Shown here piece after piece: positions 1-9,041 of a DNA stretch of 47,377 bases. The notes under the pieces are model-generated. The model was not told the origin of the DNA and made no database searches. It saw nothing but the letters and a program-made list of their open reading frames with translations. Each line of letters starts with the position of its first letter. The first letter of the stretch is position 1. The position numbers were made by a program, and so were the translations under genes. The stretch is from Spirochaetales bacterium (GTDB lineage: Bacteria; Spirochaetota; Spirochaetia; DSM-27196; Alkalispirochaetaceae): positions 1-47,377 of the forward strand of contig JANQHT010000158.1 in NCBI GenBank assembly GCA_028282545.1. Reading direction: 5' to 3'.

Positions 1-44
1 AACAAAACGCTTGGCTTCGCTGCGCTGCAGAGACGCGTTTTGTT
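1..44. repeat. 10-bp perfect inverted repeat AACAAAACGC / GCGTTTTGTT (1-10 and 35-44) with a 24-nt loop. Possible bidirectional terminator at the left edge.
   Basis: Arms are exact reverse complements. The 3' arm is U-rich in either orientation. Confidence 0.3.
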
Positions 45-108
45 CTTCCTTCCGGGCGCGCCTGGTGATACATCCACTCTATCGGCAATATAATCGCCAA
101 AATCCGAA

Positions 109-176
109 CTGCTTCTTGTCTGGATAGAGACAATTTCGTCGGAGGGCTTGTCGCCCTCCGTCCATAATAAAAATTG
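109..176 (-). repeat. Copy A of a ~70-bp repeated hairpin element (core cGGAGGGC-N5-GCCCTCCg), immediately downstream of the AEC transporter stop codon.
   Basis: The reverse complement of 127-166 matches 20817-20856 at 39/40 nt. Flanking similarity (aatttt...acaagaaRcag) extends the match to ~70 bp with small indels. Confidence 0.5.
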
Positions 177-1121
177 CTACGCGACGGTGGTGGCCACGTA
201 GACGAGGAACGCCGCGATGGAGAGCACCGTGTAGATCGATAGTACGTTATTGGAGAAGGCCATCTGCTCTTCCCGGCCGGCGGGAACAAAGAGCGGGACG
301 ATGTACGGCGGCGGCAGAATCACAAAGGTTGTGAGAGCCGCCAGGAAGATCGTCGGCAAACCGAGCACGCCTACCACCAGCGGGTTGAGCACAAAGGCGA
401 CCACGGCGATAAGGGCGGCCCGGACCAGGACGGTGGGGAGCGCCTCACCGATGCCCCTGAGGTCGATTCGCATGCCATACCCGACGACGATAAGAATGGT
501 GGGCGCAATCAGACCGCTTAGGTACTCCATCGTCTTGAGGAGGGCCGCCGGAACAAGGGCGGCCTTGAACCACGGACCCGCTCCAAGGACGTTCAGAAGC
601 GTTCCGGACACGATGGCAATGATGACCGGCGACGAGGCGAAAGAACGCACCGTTCCGGCAAAGGAGCGGCGGTCTCCCCGCTTCGCTTCGAGGAACGAGA
701 CGTAGACAAACCAGATGAAGAACTCGTGGGAAAGCCCAACGATGCCGATCACGCCCACGTTGTCCATCCCAAAGGCGGTCGCGAAGAGCGTGATCCCGAG
801 CATACCGAACTCGAATCCCGTCATCAGGTAGGGGCTGTATTCACGGGCGGACCGCGTCCGCCCAAAGAGAACACCGGCCCCGAGCAACGCAAAACAGAGG
901 AGCGGCACGTACACCATCAGTCCCAGGTAGGAGGCATCGAACTCCACCGTCAGGAAGGAGGAGAAGAGGACCGCCGGAAGCGCAACGCGGACGATCACCC
1001 TTTTGAACTGATCCACTCCCGCCTCCGTGACCGTTCCGCGGATGCGCAGGAATGCGCCCAGGGCAATCAGCAGGAGAATCGGGAGTGTAATCGAGGTGGT
1101 GGATGCCAATACGTCGTTCAT
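177..1121 (-). CDS. AEC-family (auxin efflux carrier / malate permease-like) membrane transporter
   Basis: 314-aa polytopic membrane protein with an AEC-like N-terminus (MNDVLASTTSITLPILLLIALGAF...) and multiple hydrophobic segments. Its start overlaps the upstream gene's stop as ATGA. Confidence 0.75.
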   Translation of the reverse strand: MNDVLASTTSITLPILLLIALGAFLRIRGTVTEAGVDQFKRVIVRVALPAVLFSSFLTVEFDASYLGLMVYVPLLCFALLGAGVLFGRTRSAREYSPYLMTGFEFGMLGITLFATAFGMDNVGVIGIVGLSHEFFIWFVYVSFLEAKRGDRRSFAGTVRSFASSPVIIAIVSGTLLNVLGAGPWFKAALVPAALLKTMEYLSGLIAPTILIVVGYGMRIDLRGIGEALPTVLVRAALIAVVAFVLNPLVVGVLGLPTIFLAALTTFVILPPPYIVPLFVPAGREEQMAFSNNVLSIYTVLSIAAFLVYVATTVA

Positions 1122-2125
1122 GGTTCGCGATTGTGCACGATGTGCTCTGCGTTTGAAATCACCCAGCCGATGGTGGCCCTTAGGTCATCGTCGTGCTCTT
1201 CCAGGTAGCCGTAGAACCGGTCCAAGCCGCTCGTATACGTGCGCCACAGATCGATGTAGGCGTTGTTCATCCGGCCGTCGAACGCCGCCCGATACGCCTG
1301 TGACCGGTACCGTTCGTCGTAGCTGCCGGCGAAGGCGCGTGCAAACCGGGCGATCGTCTCTTGTTTATTGGCGAGCGTCTCCTCCCGGGGCAGGCCGGCC
1401 GCGTACAGCGCCTCCAGGTCCGCTCGGAGACGGTTGATGTCATCACGGAAGGTGTCCCGGTCAACGAGGTGCGATAGGTACGCCTGCGCCGCCTCTTCAC
1501 CACGGCGGGCCGTCAGGAAACGCCGCGTCCCCTCCCGTCCCACAAAGGTGGCAAACTGCTCGTTGAAATCGCCGCCGTCCTTTATCCAGAGGGTGGCGTG
1601 GGCCATTTCGTGGATGATCAGCTCCGTCAGCCGGGCGTCGGAGTACCCCACCATAAACGAATAGAGCGGATCACGGAAGTAGCCAAGGGAGCTGAAGGCG
1701 TCCACACGCCGGAGGTAGACGTCATACCCTTGGTCGCTGAGGCGTCGCGCCAGACGGATGGCGCTCTTTTCCCGGTAGAAGCCCTTGTAGGGGACGGCGC
1801 CGACCACCGGGAAGCGCCACACCTTTGGAGTAAACGATTCGGCGCGGGTGGCGGACACGACCGATACGAGGTGCCCCTTGTCCGTGCGCACAAAGGTGGT
1901 GTAGTTGCGGCCGGCGGACAGCCCCAGTTCCTGCTCCGCGTACGTTCTGATCTCCTCTACCCGCGTAAATAGCTCCCGCTCGGTGGCCGTCGGCTCCCTG
2001 ATGCGCTCCACCGGGCGGGAGCGCGCCTGGTCCCGTAGAAAGGCGGAGCCCTGAACCGTTACGTAACAGGAGGAGAGGACGGCTACAATGGGTGCGGTCA
2101 GAACCGCGGCGAGGCGCGCGCGCAC
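1118..2125 (-). CDS. Zinc-dependent 'predicted aminopeptidase' family lipoprotein (HEMAH motif)
   Basis: IIHEMAHATLW zinc-binding motif. Lipobox LSSC follows a signal-like segment. A GTG start at 2125 is preceded by GGAGGAG; the long ORF nominally extends to 2227. Confidence 0.65.
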   Translation of the reverse strand: MRARLAAVLTAPIVAVLSSCYVTVQGSAFLRDQARSRPVERIREPTATERELFTRVEEIRTYAEQELGLSAGRNYTTFVRTDKGHLVSVVSATRAESFTPKVWRFPVVGAVPYKGFYREKSAIRLARRLSDQGYDVYLRRVDAFSSLGYFRDPLYSFMVGYSDARLTELIIHEMAHATLWIKDGGDFNEQFATFVGREGTRRFLTARRGEEAAQAYLSHLVDRDTFRDDINRLRADLEALYAAGLPREETLANKQETIARFARAFAGSYDERYRSQAYRAAFDGRMNNAYIDLWRTYTSGLDRFYGYLEEHDDDLRATIGWVISNAEHIVHNREP

Positions 2126-2193
2126 TACCGGGCTCCTCCGTAGACAAAGACGGCGCTGTGTGACGGTTCCGATCCATTCACAAAAGGGGCTAC

Positions 2194-2511
2194 GTGCCAT
2201 ACACTTTTTCCATGGTAGTACGCGCAATCAAGGTATGGGTACGTCTGTCGGATATTCAGGCGTTCGAGAGGGCCACCCGGGCCAACCACGAAGGATCGTT
2301 GAGCGAACCGGGCGTGGTCCGATTCGACGTTTTGAAACACGAACAGAATCCCGGGGAATACCTCCTGTACGAAATGTACCGATCCCCCGCGGCGGCGTTG
2401 GCGCACAAAGAGACGGAGCACTATCAGGTATGGCGTGAAACCGTCGCTCCCATGATGGAACGGTCCCGGGAGGGTACTCCCTACGACGTGCTCTTTCCGC
2501 TCGAACCGTAG
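2194..2511 (+). CDS. Antibiotic-biosynthesis-monooxygenase (ABM) domain protein
   Basis: ~100-aa ferredoxin-like ABM pattern (VRFDVLKHEQNPGEYLLYEMYRSPAAALAHKETEHYQVWRE). GTG start at 2194 after an AAAGGGG Shine-Dalgarno. Confidence 0.65.
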   Translation: MPYTFSMVVRAIKVWVRLSDIQAFERATRANHEGSLSEPGVVRFDVLKHEQNPGEYLLYEMYRSPAAALAHKETEHYQVWRETVAPMMERSREGTPYDVLFPLEP

Positions 2512-3587
2512 TCGCCACCGTCCCCAAAAGCACGGGCCACGCGGTGGCCCGGTCCAATCTCGCCCATCCCGGGATCTTCCCCCTCCGCCACGGGATCGAC
2601 CGTAGGCAGGAAAGGGCGCGCAAAGGGCGACACTTCGGTGTCGGTTGCCGCCCGGCCTCGTGCGGTCTCGCCGTCGGTGGACGACTCCGCGGAGCGCTGC
2701 CCCGTCCCGGCGCTGCCCGTTGTCACCGCCGGCTCGGCGGGCATCCCCTCTTTACCAGCGCCCGCCGGTGCCCGCCGCCCGGTTCGGCGCTCTCCCAGGA
2801 GGGGCAGCGCGTCAAAGAGGTAGCGCGTGTACGGGTGGGAGTGGTTTCCGGTGATCTCCCGGGCGGGCCCCTCCTCCACCAGGATGCCCCGGTACATGAC
2901 GCCGATCCTGTCACTCACGTAGCCCACCACCGCCAAGTCGTGGGCGATGAAAACCATCGTCAGATTGCGCTCTTCCCTGAGCCGGAGCAGGAGACCCAGA
3001 ATCTGCCCCTGGATCGAAACGTCCAGGGCGCTCACAACCTCGTCACAGATCAGGACTTCCGGTTGGGTAATCAACGCTCGGGCGATGGAAATGCGTTGTC
3101 GCTGGCCGCCGGAAAAGTCCGCCGGGCGCCGCTCCATGTCCTCCGGCCGGAGTCCGACGTCCCGCAAGAGCTGAACCGCTTCCGACTCCGCCTGCTCGCG
3201 GCCGGGCCACCGGGGAGAGTAGCGATATCCGGACAGCAGAACTTCCCGGATGGAGAGCCTGGGGTTCAGGGAGCGCGCCGGGTCCTGAAAGACGTAGCGT
3301 ACGCGGCTTCGCAGATCCTTGAGCGTCCGGCCCTTGAGGTCGGCGTAATCGAAGGTCCTGCCGGACTTGTCGGTGAACGAGATCTCCCCGCCGGTACTCT
3401 CTTCCATGCGCACCAGGAGGCGCGCCGTGGTCGTTTTGCCGCACCCCGATTCCCCCACCAGGCCGTAGATCTGGTTGGGCTCGATCTCGGTGGATACGCC
3501 GTTTACCGCGTAGACGTAGCGCCCCTGTCGCGCGAAGAATCCCGCATCGAGGGGGTACGCTTTGCGAACGTGCAAAAGGCGGATCAC
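2481..3587 (-). CDS. oppF: Oligopeptide/dipeptide ABC transporter ATP-binding protein (OppF/DppF-like) with a ~100-aa low-complexity C-terminal tail
   Basis: Walker A GESGCGKTT and signature LSGGQRQRISIARAL. GTG start overlaps the oppD stop as GTGA. The C-terminal ~100 aa are G/A/E/T-rich and look disordered. Confidence 0.85.
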   Translation of the reverse strand: MIRLLHVRKAYPLDAGFFARQGRYVYAVNGVSTEIEPNQIYGLVGESGCGKTTTARLLVRMEESTGGEISFTDKSGRTFDYADLKGRTLKDLRSRVRYVFQDPARSLNPRLSIREVLLSGYRYSPRWPGREQAESEAVQLLRDVGLRPEDMERRPADFSGGQRQRISIARALITQPEVLICDEVVSALDVSIQGQILGLLLRLREERNLTMVFIAHDLAVVGYVSDRIGVMYRGILVEEGPAREITGNHSHPYTRYLFDALPLLGERRTGRRAPAGAGKEGMPAEPAVTTGSAGTGQRSAESSTDGETARGRAATDTEVSPFARPFLPTVDPVAEGEDPGMGEIGPGHRVARAFGDGGDYGSSGKSTS

Positions 3588-4594
3588 GATTCGCCTCCAC
3601 GGAAGAGGTCGGCGCTCTTGGGACCACCTACAACACAGCGGTGATTCCACGACGTGTCACCGTCCCGTTCACTCGTCCAGGCGGGTACGCCTTCGCGGCA
3701 CCGGGGCCGGACGATCGGGCACCGGGGCGCGAAGGGGCACCCCGGTTCGGGCCTGAGGGGATCCGGCGGCGATCCGGAAAGCACCGGTAGCGCCTCCACG
3801 GAATGGTGCAGACCGAAGGGAACGAGGCTTTGCAGCAGTCCCGCCGTGTAGGGGTGGCGCGGAGCGGAAAGCAGTTGCTCCGTGGGGCCCTCCTCCAGCA
3901 CCAGGCCCCCGTACATGACCAACAGTCGATCGGCAAACCCGGAAATCAACGCGAGGTTGTGGGTGATGAAGATGATCGCCAAGTTCCGGGTGCGCCTCAG
4001 TTCGAGCAGGAGGTCGATGATTCCCGCCTGGATCGTCACATCCAGCGCAGTGGTCGGCTCGTCGGCGATCAGCAGCGCCGGGTCACCCGCTAGGGCGTGG
4101 GCTATCATGATGCGTTGCAAGAGGCCCCCGGAGAACTGATGCGGGAAGTTACCCAGCCGTTCCCGGGCATTCTGGACGTGGACCTCTTCCAGGAGGCGAA
4201 GGGACCGCGCGTTTACCTCTTCGTCGGAGAGATCCGGTTCGTGAGCCTGGAGCGTTTCCACCAGGGACTTACCGATCGAATAGATCGGATCGAAGGAGCG
4301 TCCCGGCTCCTGGAAAATCATCGCCACTTCGCGACCGCGATAACCGCGCAGTTCCTCCCGGTCGAACTCCAAAACGTCCCGCCCGGAAAAGGTCAGCGTA
4401 TCCGCCTTCATGTCGCCGTTGGCCGGCAGCAATCGCATGATCGTGTGGGCGGTGACACTTTTACCGCTCCCGGACTCGCCCACCACGCCCAGGATCTCGC
4501 CGGGCGCCACGGAGAAGGAGACACCTCGGACCGCCTTGAGTAGTCCACCGCCGGTGGTGAAGTCCACGTTGAGGTTCTCTACGGTAAGCATCAC
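3584..4594 (-). CDS. oppD: Oligopeptide ABC transporter ATP-binding protein (OppD/DppD-like)
   Basis: MLTVENLNVDF...GESGSGKSVTAHTIMRLL, Walker B IADEPTTALD, and a C-terminal oligopeptide-transporter extension carrying cysteines. ATGA overlap with oppC. Confidence 0.85.
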   Translation of the reverse strand: MMLTVENLNVDFTTGGGLLKAVRGVSFSVAPGEILGVVGESGSGKSVTAHTIMRLLPANGDMKADTLTFSGRDVLEFDREELRGYRGREVAMIFQEPGRSFDPIYSIGKSLVETLQAHEPDLSDEEVNARSLRLLEEVHVQNARERLGNFPHQFSGGLLQRIMIAHALAGDPALLIADEPTTALDVTIQAGIIDLLLELRRTRNLAIIFITHNLALISGFADRLLVMYGGLVLEEGPTEQLLSAPRHPYTAGLLQSLVPFGLHHSVEALPVLSGSPPDPLRPEPGCPFAPRCPIVRPRCREGVPAWTSERDGDTSWNHRCVVGGPKSADLFRGGES

Positions 4595-5712
4595 GTTCCG
4601 ATCTTCCTTTCCCGGTAGTACGGGTCCAGGACGTCCCGCAGGAGGTCCCCCAGGAAGTTGAAGGCCAGGGTTGTAATGAGCAGAAAGAGCCCGGGTAATA
4701 GAAACCACGGGAAGTTCCGGAGATTGGAGAGCGTGGTGACCTCTTTGTTCAGGAGGCTCCCCCAGCTCACCGCGGGGTCCACGATACCCAGCCCCAGGTA
4801 ACTCAGTATCGTCTCGCCCAGGATAAACCCGGGGATTCCAAGGGTGATGCTCACGATCAGGATCGACGACATCTGGGGAATGATGTGACGAAAAATGATC
4901 ACCAGGGGCGGGATGCCCTCGAGTTCAGCGTTGACGATGAAATCCTCACGCTTGATACTGTGCACGAGCCCCCGCACCAGGCGAGCGCTGCCGGGCCACC
5001 CGACGAACGAAAGGATCACCGTGATCAGGACAAAGCTCTGCCCCGAATCGAGATCGCGAGAGAGAATCGACCGGAGAAAGAGGATCAGGTACAGCCCCGG
5101 GATCAGGATAAAAAACTCGGCGAATCGCATGATCGTCCAATCGACGGCCCCCCCGAAGTAGCCGGCCAGACCGCCAAAGGCGATCGCCAGGGTGAGTGAA
5201 ATCGAAATACCGAGAAACCCGATGGTAAGGGAGATACGACTCCCGTAGAGGATACGACTCAAAAGGTCGCGTCCCAGGTCGTCGGCACCCAGGATAAAGA
5301 CCGGTTCCGTCTTTCCGCCGGTTCGCCAATCGTTGTTGCCGGAGCTTGCCTCCGTACCGCCGTACACGGCGCGGGTGCCGAAAAGATGAACGTCCCAGGG
5401 GATCACGCCGAACAGGCGATACTCGGGACCGCGCGCAAAGAGGCGCACCGGGATGTACTCGCCGGCAATGCGCGCGTACTCCCAGTTGATCTCGTCCACC
5501 AAGATCTGGCGCTGGATCTGGGGCCGGAATCCGAGTTCCTTGGAGTAGAACCGCAGGTTCGGCGGGTGATAGGCGTGCTCCGCAAAGACGGTTGTATGCG
5601 TGTAGGGAGCGAGGAACTCGGCAAAGAGCATCGAGCCGTAGAGCAGAAGCAGCACGGCCGCCGAAACAAAGGCAACGGGGCGCCGGCGAAGGGCGCGAAA
5701 AAAGCGTCTCAT
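4591..5712 (-). CDS. oppC: Peptide ABC transporter permease (OppC/DppC-like)
   Basis: BPD_transp_1-type permease with a long N-terminal periplasmic region. Sits between oppB and oppD. Confidence 0.85.
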   Translation of the reverse strand: MRRFFRALRRRPVAFVSAAVLLLLYGSMLFAEFLAPYTHTTVFAEHAYHPPNLRFYSKELGFRPQIQRQILVDEINWEYARIAGEYIPVRLFARGPEYRLFGVIPWDVHLFGTRAVYGGTEASSGNNDWRTGGKTEPVFILGADDLGRDLLSRILYGSRISLTIGFLGISISLTLAIAFGGLAGYFGGAVDWTIMRFAEFFILIPGLYLILFLRSILSRDLDSGQSFVLITVILSFVGWPGSARLVRGLVHSIKREDFIVNAELEGIPPLVIIFRHIIPQMSSILIVSITLGIPGFILGETILSYLGLGIVDPAVSWGSLLNKEVTTLSNLRNFPWFLLPGLFLLITTLAFNFLGDLLRDVLDPYYRERKIGT

Positions 5713-5715
5713 CCG

Positions 5716-6822
5716 TCACCCCTTCGCGTAGCGGATACGCGGGTCCACGACGGCAAGGAGAATGTCGCTCATGACCATTCCGAGCAGTACGAGAAAACTG
5801 ATAAACATGATATTCGCCAGAACGAGGTTGATGTCCTCCTGCCAAACCGCCTCGTACATGAGTCGCCCCATGCCCGGGTAGGAGAAGATGATCTCCAGGA
5901 TCAGCGAACCGGAGAAGAGACCGGCGAAGATGTTGGCGCTGCTGGTGATGTACGGGTTCAGGGTGTTCCGAAAGGCGTGGGCAAAGTAGACGCGCCCCTC
6001 GGAGACGCCCCGTGAGCGGAGGCTGGTGATATAGGGCTGACCCAACTGATCGAGCATGGTGGCTCGGATCATCCGCATCGTCCCGCCGATCCCCCCGAGG
6101 AACGCCCCGATCAGCGGCAGCAGGATGTGATGCATGTAGCTGAACACAAACCGTACCGGCGCCTCGCCGGCGGGGAAATCGGGATAGGCGGTGATGGGGA
6201 AGAGCCCGCTCGTGGCGGCAAAGAGCTGCAGGAGGATCAAGAGCAGGATCCCCGGGAACGAATGCAGCAGGAGCGCAACGAAGGTGGCCCACACGTCAAC
6301 GCGGGTGCCCACCTTGGTGCTGAAGTAGATACCGGTGGCAAAACTGATGATCGTCAGAAAAAAGAGCGAGATCAGGTTGAGGACCAGGCTGTTTATCATC
6401 CGGTCCCGCACCAGGAAGAGGATCGGCGCGCGGGAGATAAGGCTCCGTCCAAGGTCACGTTCGACGAAGACTTGCCGGAGCCAACGCAGGTACTGCTCGT
6501 AGAAGGGGCGGTCAAGTCCCAGTCGCGCCTTTGCCTCGGCGATCGCCTCCTCCGTGTAGACGTTGTCCTCCTGGCGAAACTCGCTGTTCATGAGCATCCG
6601 GCTGCGGACGTAGTTCTCCACCATGTCCCCCGGGGAGAGCGCCATGAGCCCGAAGACGGCAAAGCCGAGGACAAAGAGGATCGCCACCATCGAAATTACC
6701 CGCATCAGGACAAACACCAGGAGCGGGTGGTTTCCACGAAACGCCGCGTAGGCGCGGCCAAACCGGTGTATGGCGCGGGCGAATACCCCCGGCCCGTTCG
6801 TCACGTCCGTCACGTCCACCAC
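5716..6822 (-). CDS. oppB: Peptide ABC transporter permease (OppB/DppB-like)
   Basis: Polytopic membrane protein with the typical OppB C-terminus ...FSYPGMGRLMYEAV...DPRIRY. Confidence 0.85.
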   Translation of the reverse strand: MVDVTDVTNGPGVFARAIHRFGRAYAAFRGNHPLLVFVLMRVISMVAILFVLGFAVFGLMALSPGDMVENYVRSRMLMNSEFRQEDNVYTEEAIAEAKARLGLDRPFYEQYLRWLRQVFVERDLGRSLISRAPILFLVRDRMINSLVLNLISLFFLTIISFATGIYFSTKVGTRVDVWATFVALLLHSFPGILLLILLQLFAATSGLFPITAYPDFPAGEAPVRFVFSYMHHILLPLIGAFLGGIGGTMRMIRATMLDQLGQPYITSLRSRGVSEGRVYFAHAFRNTLNPYITSSANIFAGLFSGSLILEIIFSYPGMGRLMYEAVWQEDINLVLANIMFISFLVLLGMVMSDILLAVVDPRIRYAKG

Positions 6823-6834
6823 GAACAGACCCGA

Positions 6835-8667
6835 TTACGGCCGGAGGAAGAGATAACTGCTGTCGAGCCTGCGCAACATGTCGTAGTAGACGTTCTCCCA
6901 CTTGTCGCGGACCGCCGCAAAGGAGAGGGGGTGCACAACAAAGAGCACGGGTAGCTCCGTCAGGACGATCTCCTGGAACTCGTCGTAGATCGCCAGTCGC
7001 TCGTCACGGTTTAGGGTAAAGCGCCCCTCGTTGTAGAGGTAGTCCAGGCGCGCCTCCCACTCGGTGGCGGGCTCCTCCTGGAGGGGGTTCCAGAGGTGGA
7101 AGTTCCCCTCCGATTGCCAGATGTTGCTGCCGCTGGACGGCCACGGTTGCGCCCACCCTCCGAACAACATGACTTCCCAGTCGTAGGTGCTGGTGATGCT
7201 CTCCACCAGTTTCTGGAAGTCGACGGGACGCACGTTCATGGTGATACCAACCTCGGCCAGTTCGTCGGCAAAGACGTTGGCGATGTCTATGCCGATGTTG
7301 CTCTCGGCACCCATGATGATGTCGAACTCGATCGCGTTTCCGTCTGAATCGCGCATGACACCTTCATCGTCGCGTTCGATGCCGATCTCAGACAACAGTC
7401 CCACCGCGCGTGCCCGGTCAAAGGTGAACGCCAGTTCGATGTCAGGATTGAACATCGGGTTGATCGCCGGGAAGAAGTACCGCGCCGGCGAGGCGAGTCC
7501 GCGGTACACCTGTTGGGCGATGCGTTCGCGGTTCATGAGGGCGCTCATCGCCTGGCGGAACTTCGTCTGGACGAACCAACTGTTCACGATCGGATCCATG
7601 TTGTCGGGATTCTGGTTGAGGACGATCCAGTTCGTTCCGAACGTTTCGCCGCCGTTGTAGACGGTGTAGTCCGGGTTTTCGGCCGATACGAGTTCCTCAA
7701 GGTCCTCAGGCCGAACCGAATAGGAGTCCTTTGTTCCGTCCTTGAAGAGCAGGTACTCGGTGTTCCTGTCCGGGACGATTCGAAGAACGACCTCTTCGAT
7801 GTACGGAAGCGACGTTCCCGCGTCGTCGGTCTTCCAGTAGTGGGGGTTGCGGTTCAAGACGACCCGGACGCCCGGTGAGTACTCAACGATGTGGTACTCG
7901 CCGATCGACGGTATCTGCGTTACGTCGGTATCGACGCTGAAGAGGTTGAGGACGCCTTCGACGCCCGATTCCTCCTTGGCGGGTTGGTAGATATACCGGG
8001 GGCCAAAGTCCATGTTTGAAGAGAGGAGCGGATTGGCGACGATACGGGGGTAGACAAATGCGAATCTGCGATCGTCGATCCTTTCGATCGTCACGCGCGC
8101 TTCGCTCCCGTCGGGCATCTCGATGAACTGGCCGGCGTATCCCGGCTGCTGCAGTTCCGGGTCTCCCTCGATCTCGTCGTACCAGAAGATGACGTCGTCG
8201 GAGGTGACCTTCACACCCTCCCGGCGGTCCGCCATTCCCGGGAGCGTCCAGTAGAGGTCGTCCCGGAGGGTGAACACCACCCGCATCGAGTCGCCCGCCT
8301 CATCCGGGATGATCTCGAAATCACAGAGGTTCGGGAGCCACCTCTTCGTGTAGGGGTCGTAGTCCGCGAGGAAGTCACTGAGCCCGGCAATCGTCGTGCC
8401 GGTATCGCCGTCGCGGGCGGTGAGTATATTGAACGTTTTTGGATCGTTTTTGATCGCCCCGACCCACGTCCCGCCCACGACGCCCGGCTGGAAATCGGGC
8501 GGACCCGGGCGCTCCACGACGCCCGCAAGCAGTTCGTTCCGGTTCTCTTCCCGCTTCGCCGCCGCCTCTTCCACGGTGACTTCCTCACCGCCTCCGCCGC
8601 ACCCGGCAATGGCAAGGCCTGCACCAACAACGAGAACAACAGCGAACGGACGAAATGTGCCTTTCAT
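6835..8667 (-). CDS. oppA: Family-5 ABC substrate-binding lipoprotein (OppA-like)
   Basis: 610 aa with signal peptide plus lipobox (LAIAGCGGGG). Size and position match the SBP of the opp operon. Confidence 0.85.
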   Translation of the reverse strand: MKGTFRPFAVVLVVGAGLAIAGCGGGGEEVTVEEAAAKREENRNELLAGVVERPGPPDFQPGVVGGTWVGAIKNDPKTFNILTARDGDTGTTIAGLSDFLADYDPYTKRWLPNLCDFEIIPDEAGDSMRVVFTLRDDLYWTLPGMADRREGVKVTSDDVIFWYDEIEGDPELQQPGYAGQFIEMPDGSEARVTIERIDDRRFAFVYPRIVANPLLSSNMDFGPRYIYQPAKEESGVEGVLNLFSVDTDVTQIPSIGEYHIVEYSPGVRVVLNRNPHYWKTDDAGTSLPYIEEVVLRIVPDRNTEYLLFKDGTKDSYSVRPEDLEELVSAENPDYTVYNGGETFGTNWIVLNQNPDNMDPIVNSWFVQTKFRQAMSALMNRERIAQQVYRGLASPARYFFPAINPMFNPDIELAFTFDRARAVGLLSEIGIERDDEGVMRDSDGNAIEFDIIMGAESNIGIDIANVFADELAEVGITMNVRPVDFQKLVESITSTYDWEVMLFGGWAQPWPSSGSNIWQSEGNFHLWNPLQEEPATEWEARLDYLYNEGRFTLNRDERLAIYDEFQEIVLTELPVLFVVHPLSFAAVRDKWENVYYDMLRRLDSSYLFLRP

Positions 8668-8746
8668 ACCTGCGTATAAATATACCAGTATTCAGACGCG
8701 GCGGGTACGGTGGCGCCGATTCGTCGTATTTTTGTACAATACGAGT

Positions 8747-8929
8747 GTGGAGAAAACAGTCGTCAAGCGATCCCTCCGCCGGGATACGACGGGCGATGAC
8801 CGGTCATACTGGATGCGTCGTTCACCGGAAGAACGAATTGCGGAGGTGGAACGCCTTCGAATGAACCACCATGGAACTATCCCAAGACTTGCGCGAACTG
8901 TTGACATCGTTCCTCTCCCACGACGTTGA
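8747..8929 (+). CDS. Small ORF (61 aa) with a ...SYWxxxSPEERIAEVERLR...RLARTVDIV motif. Possible remnant or partner gene of a TA-like module.
   Basis: Open frame from GTG 8747 with no convincing SD. The motif recalls small conserved accessory proteins. Low confidence. Confidence 0.2.
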   Translation: MEKTVVKRSLRRDTTGDDRSYWMRRSPEERIAEVERLRMNHHGTIPRLARTVDIVPLPRR

Positions 8930-9026
8930 GTTTGTAGTGGTCGGAGCCCACGTGCTGGTCGCCAACAAACGCGCAACGGCGCGGACAAAGGATATGGCCG
9001 ATCTCGAGGCTCTCGGCGAGGCATAG
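8871..9026 (+). pseudogene. Internally deleted remnant of a nucleotidyltransferase-like (DUF-type, TA-associated) gene
   Basis: The 51-aa ORF MELSQDLRELLTSFLSHDVEFVVVGAHVL|VANKRATARTKDMADLEALGEA appears to join the N-terminal ~30 aa (ELLxSFxxHxVxFxVVGGHAL) directly to the C-terminal RNKxAxGRxxDxxDLEAL motif of a ~150-aa family. Confidence 0.3.
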
Positions 9027-9041
9027 CGGGCAGGAAGTACG

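Noticed and set aside
2544-3644. 366-aa plus-strand ORF antisense to oppF
   Set aside because: Arg/Gly/Pro-rich low-complexity translation typical of an alternate frame in 65%-GC DNA. It fully overlaps a well-supported ABC ATPase gene.
4946-6292. 448-aa minus-strand ORF spanning the oppB/oppC junction in another frame
   Set aside because: Same-strand alternate frame of two strongly supported permease genes. The composition is Arg/Pro-rich with no domain signal.
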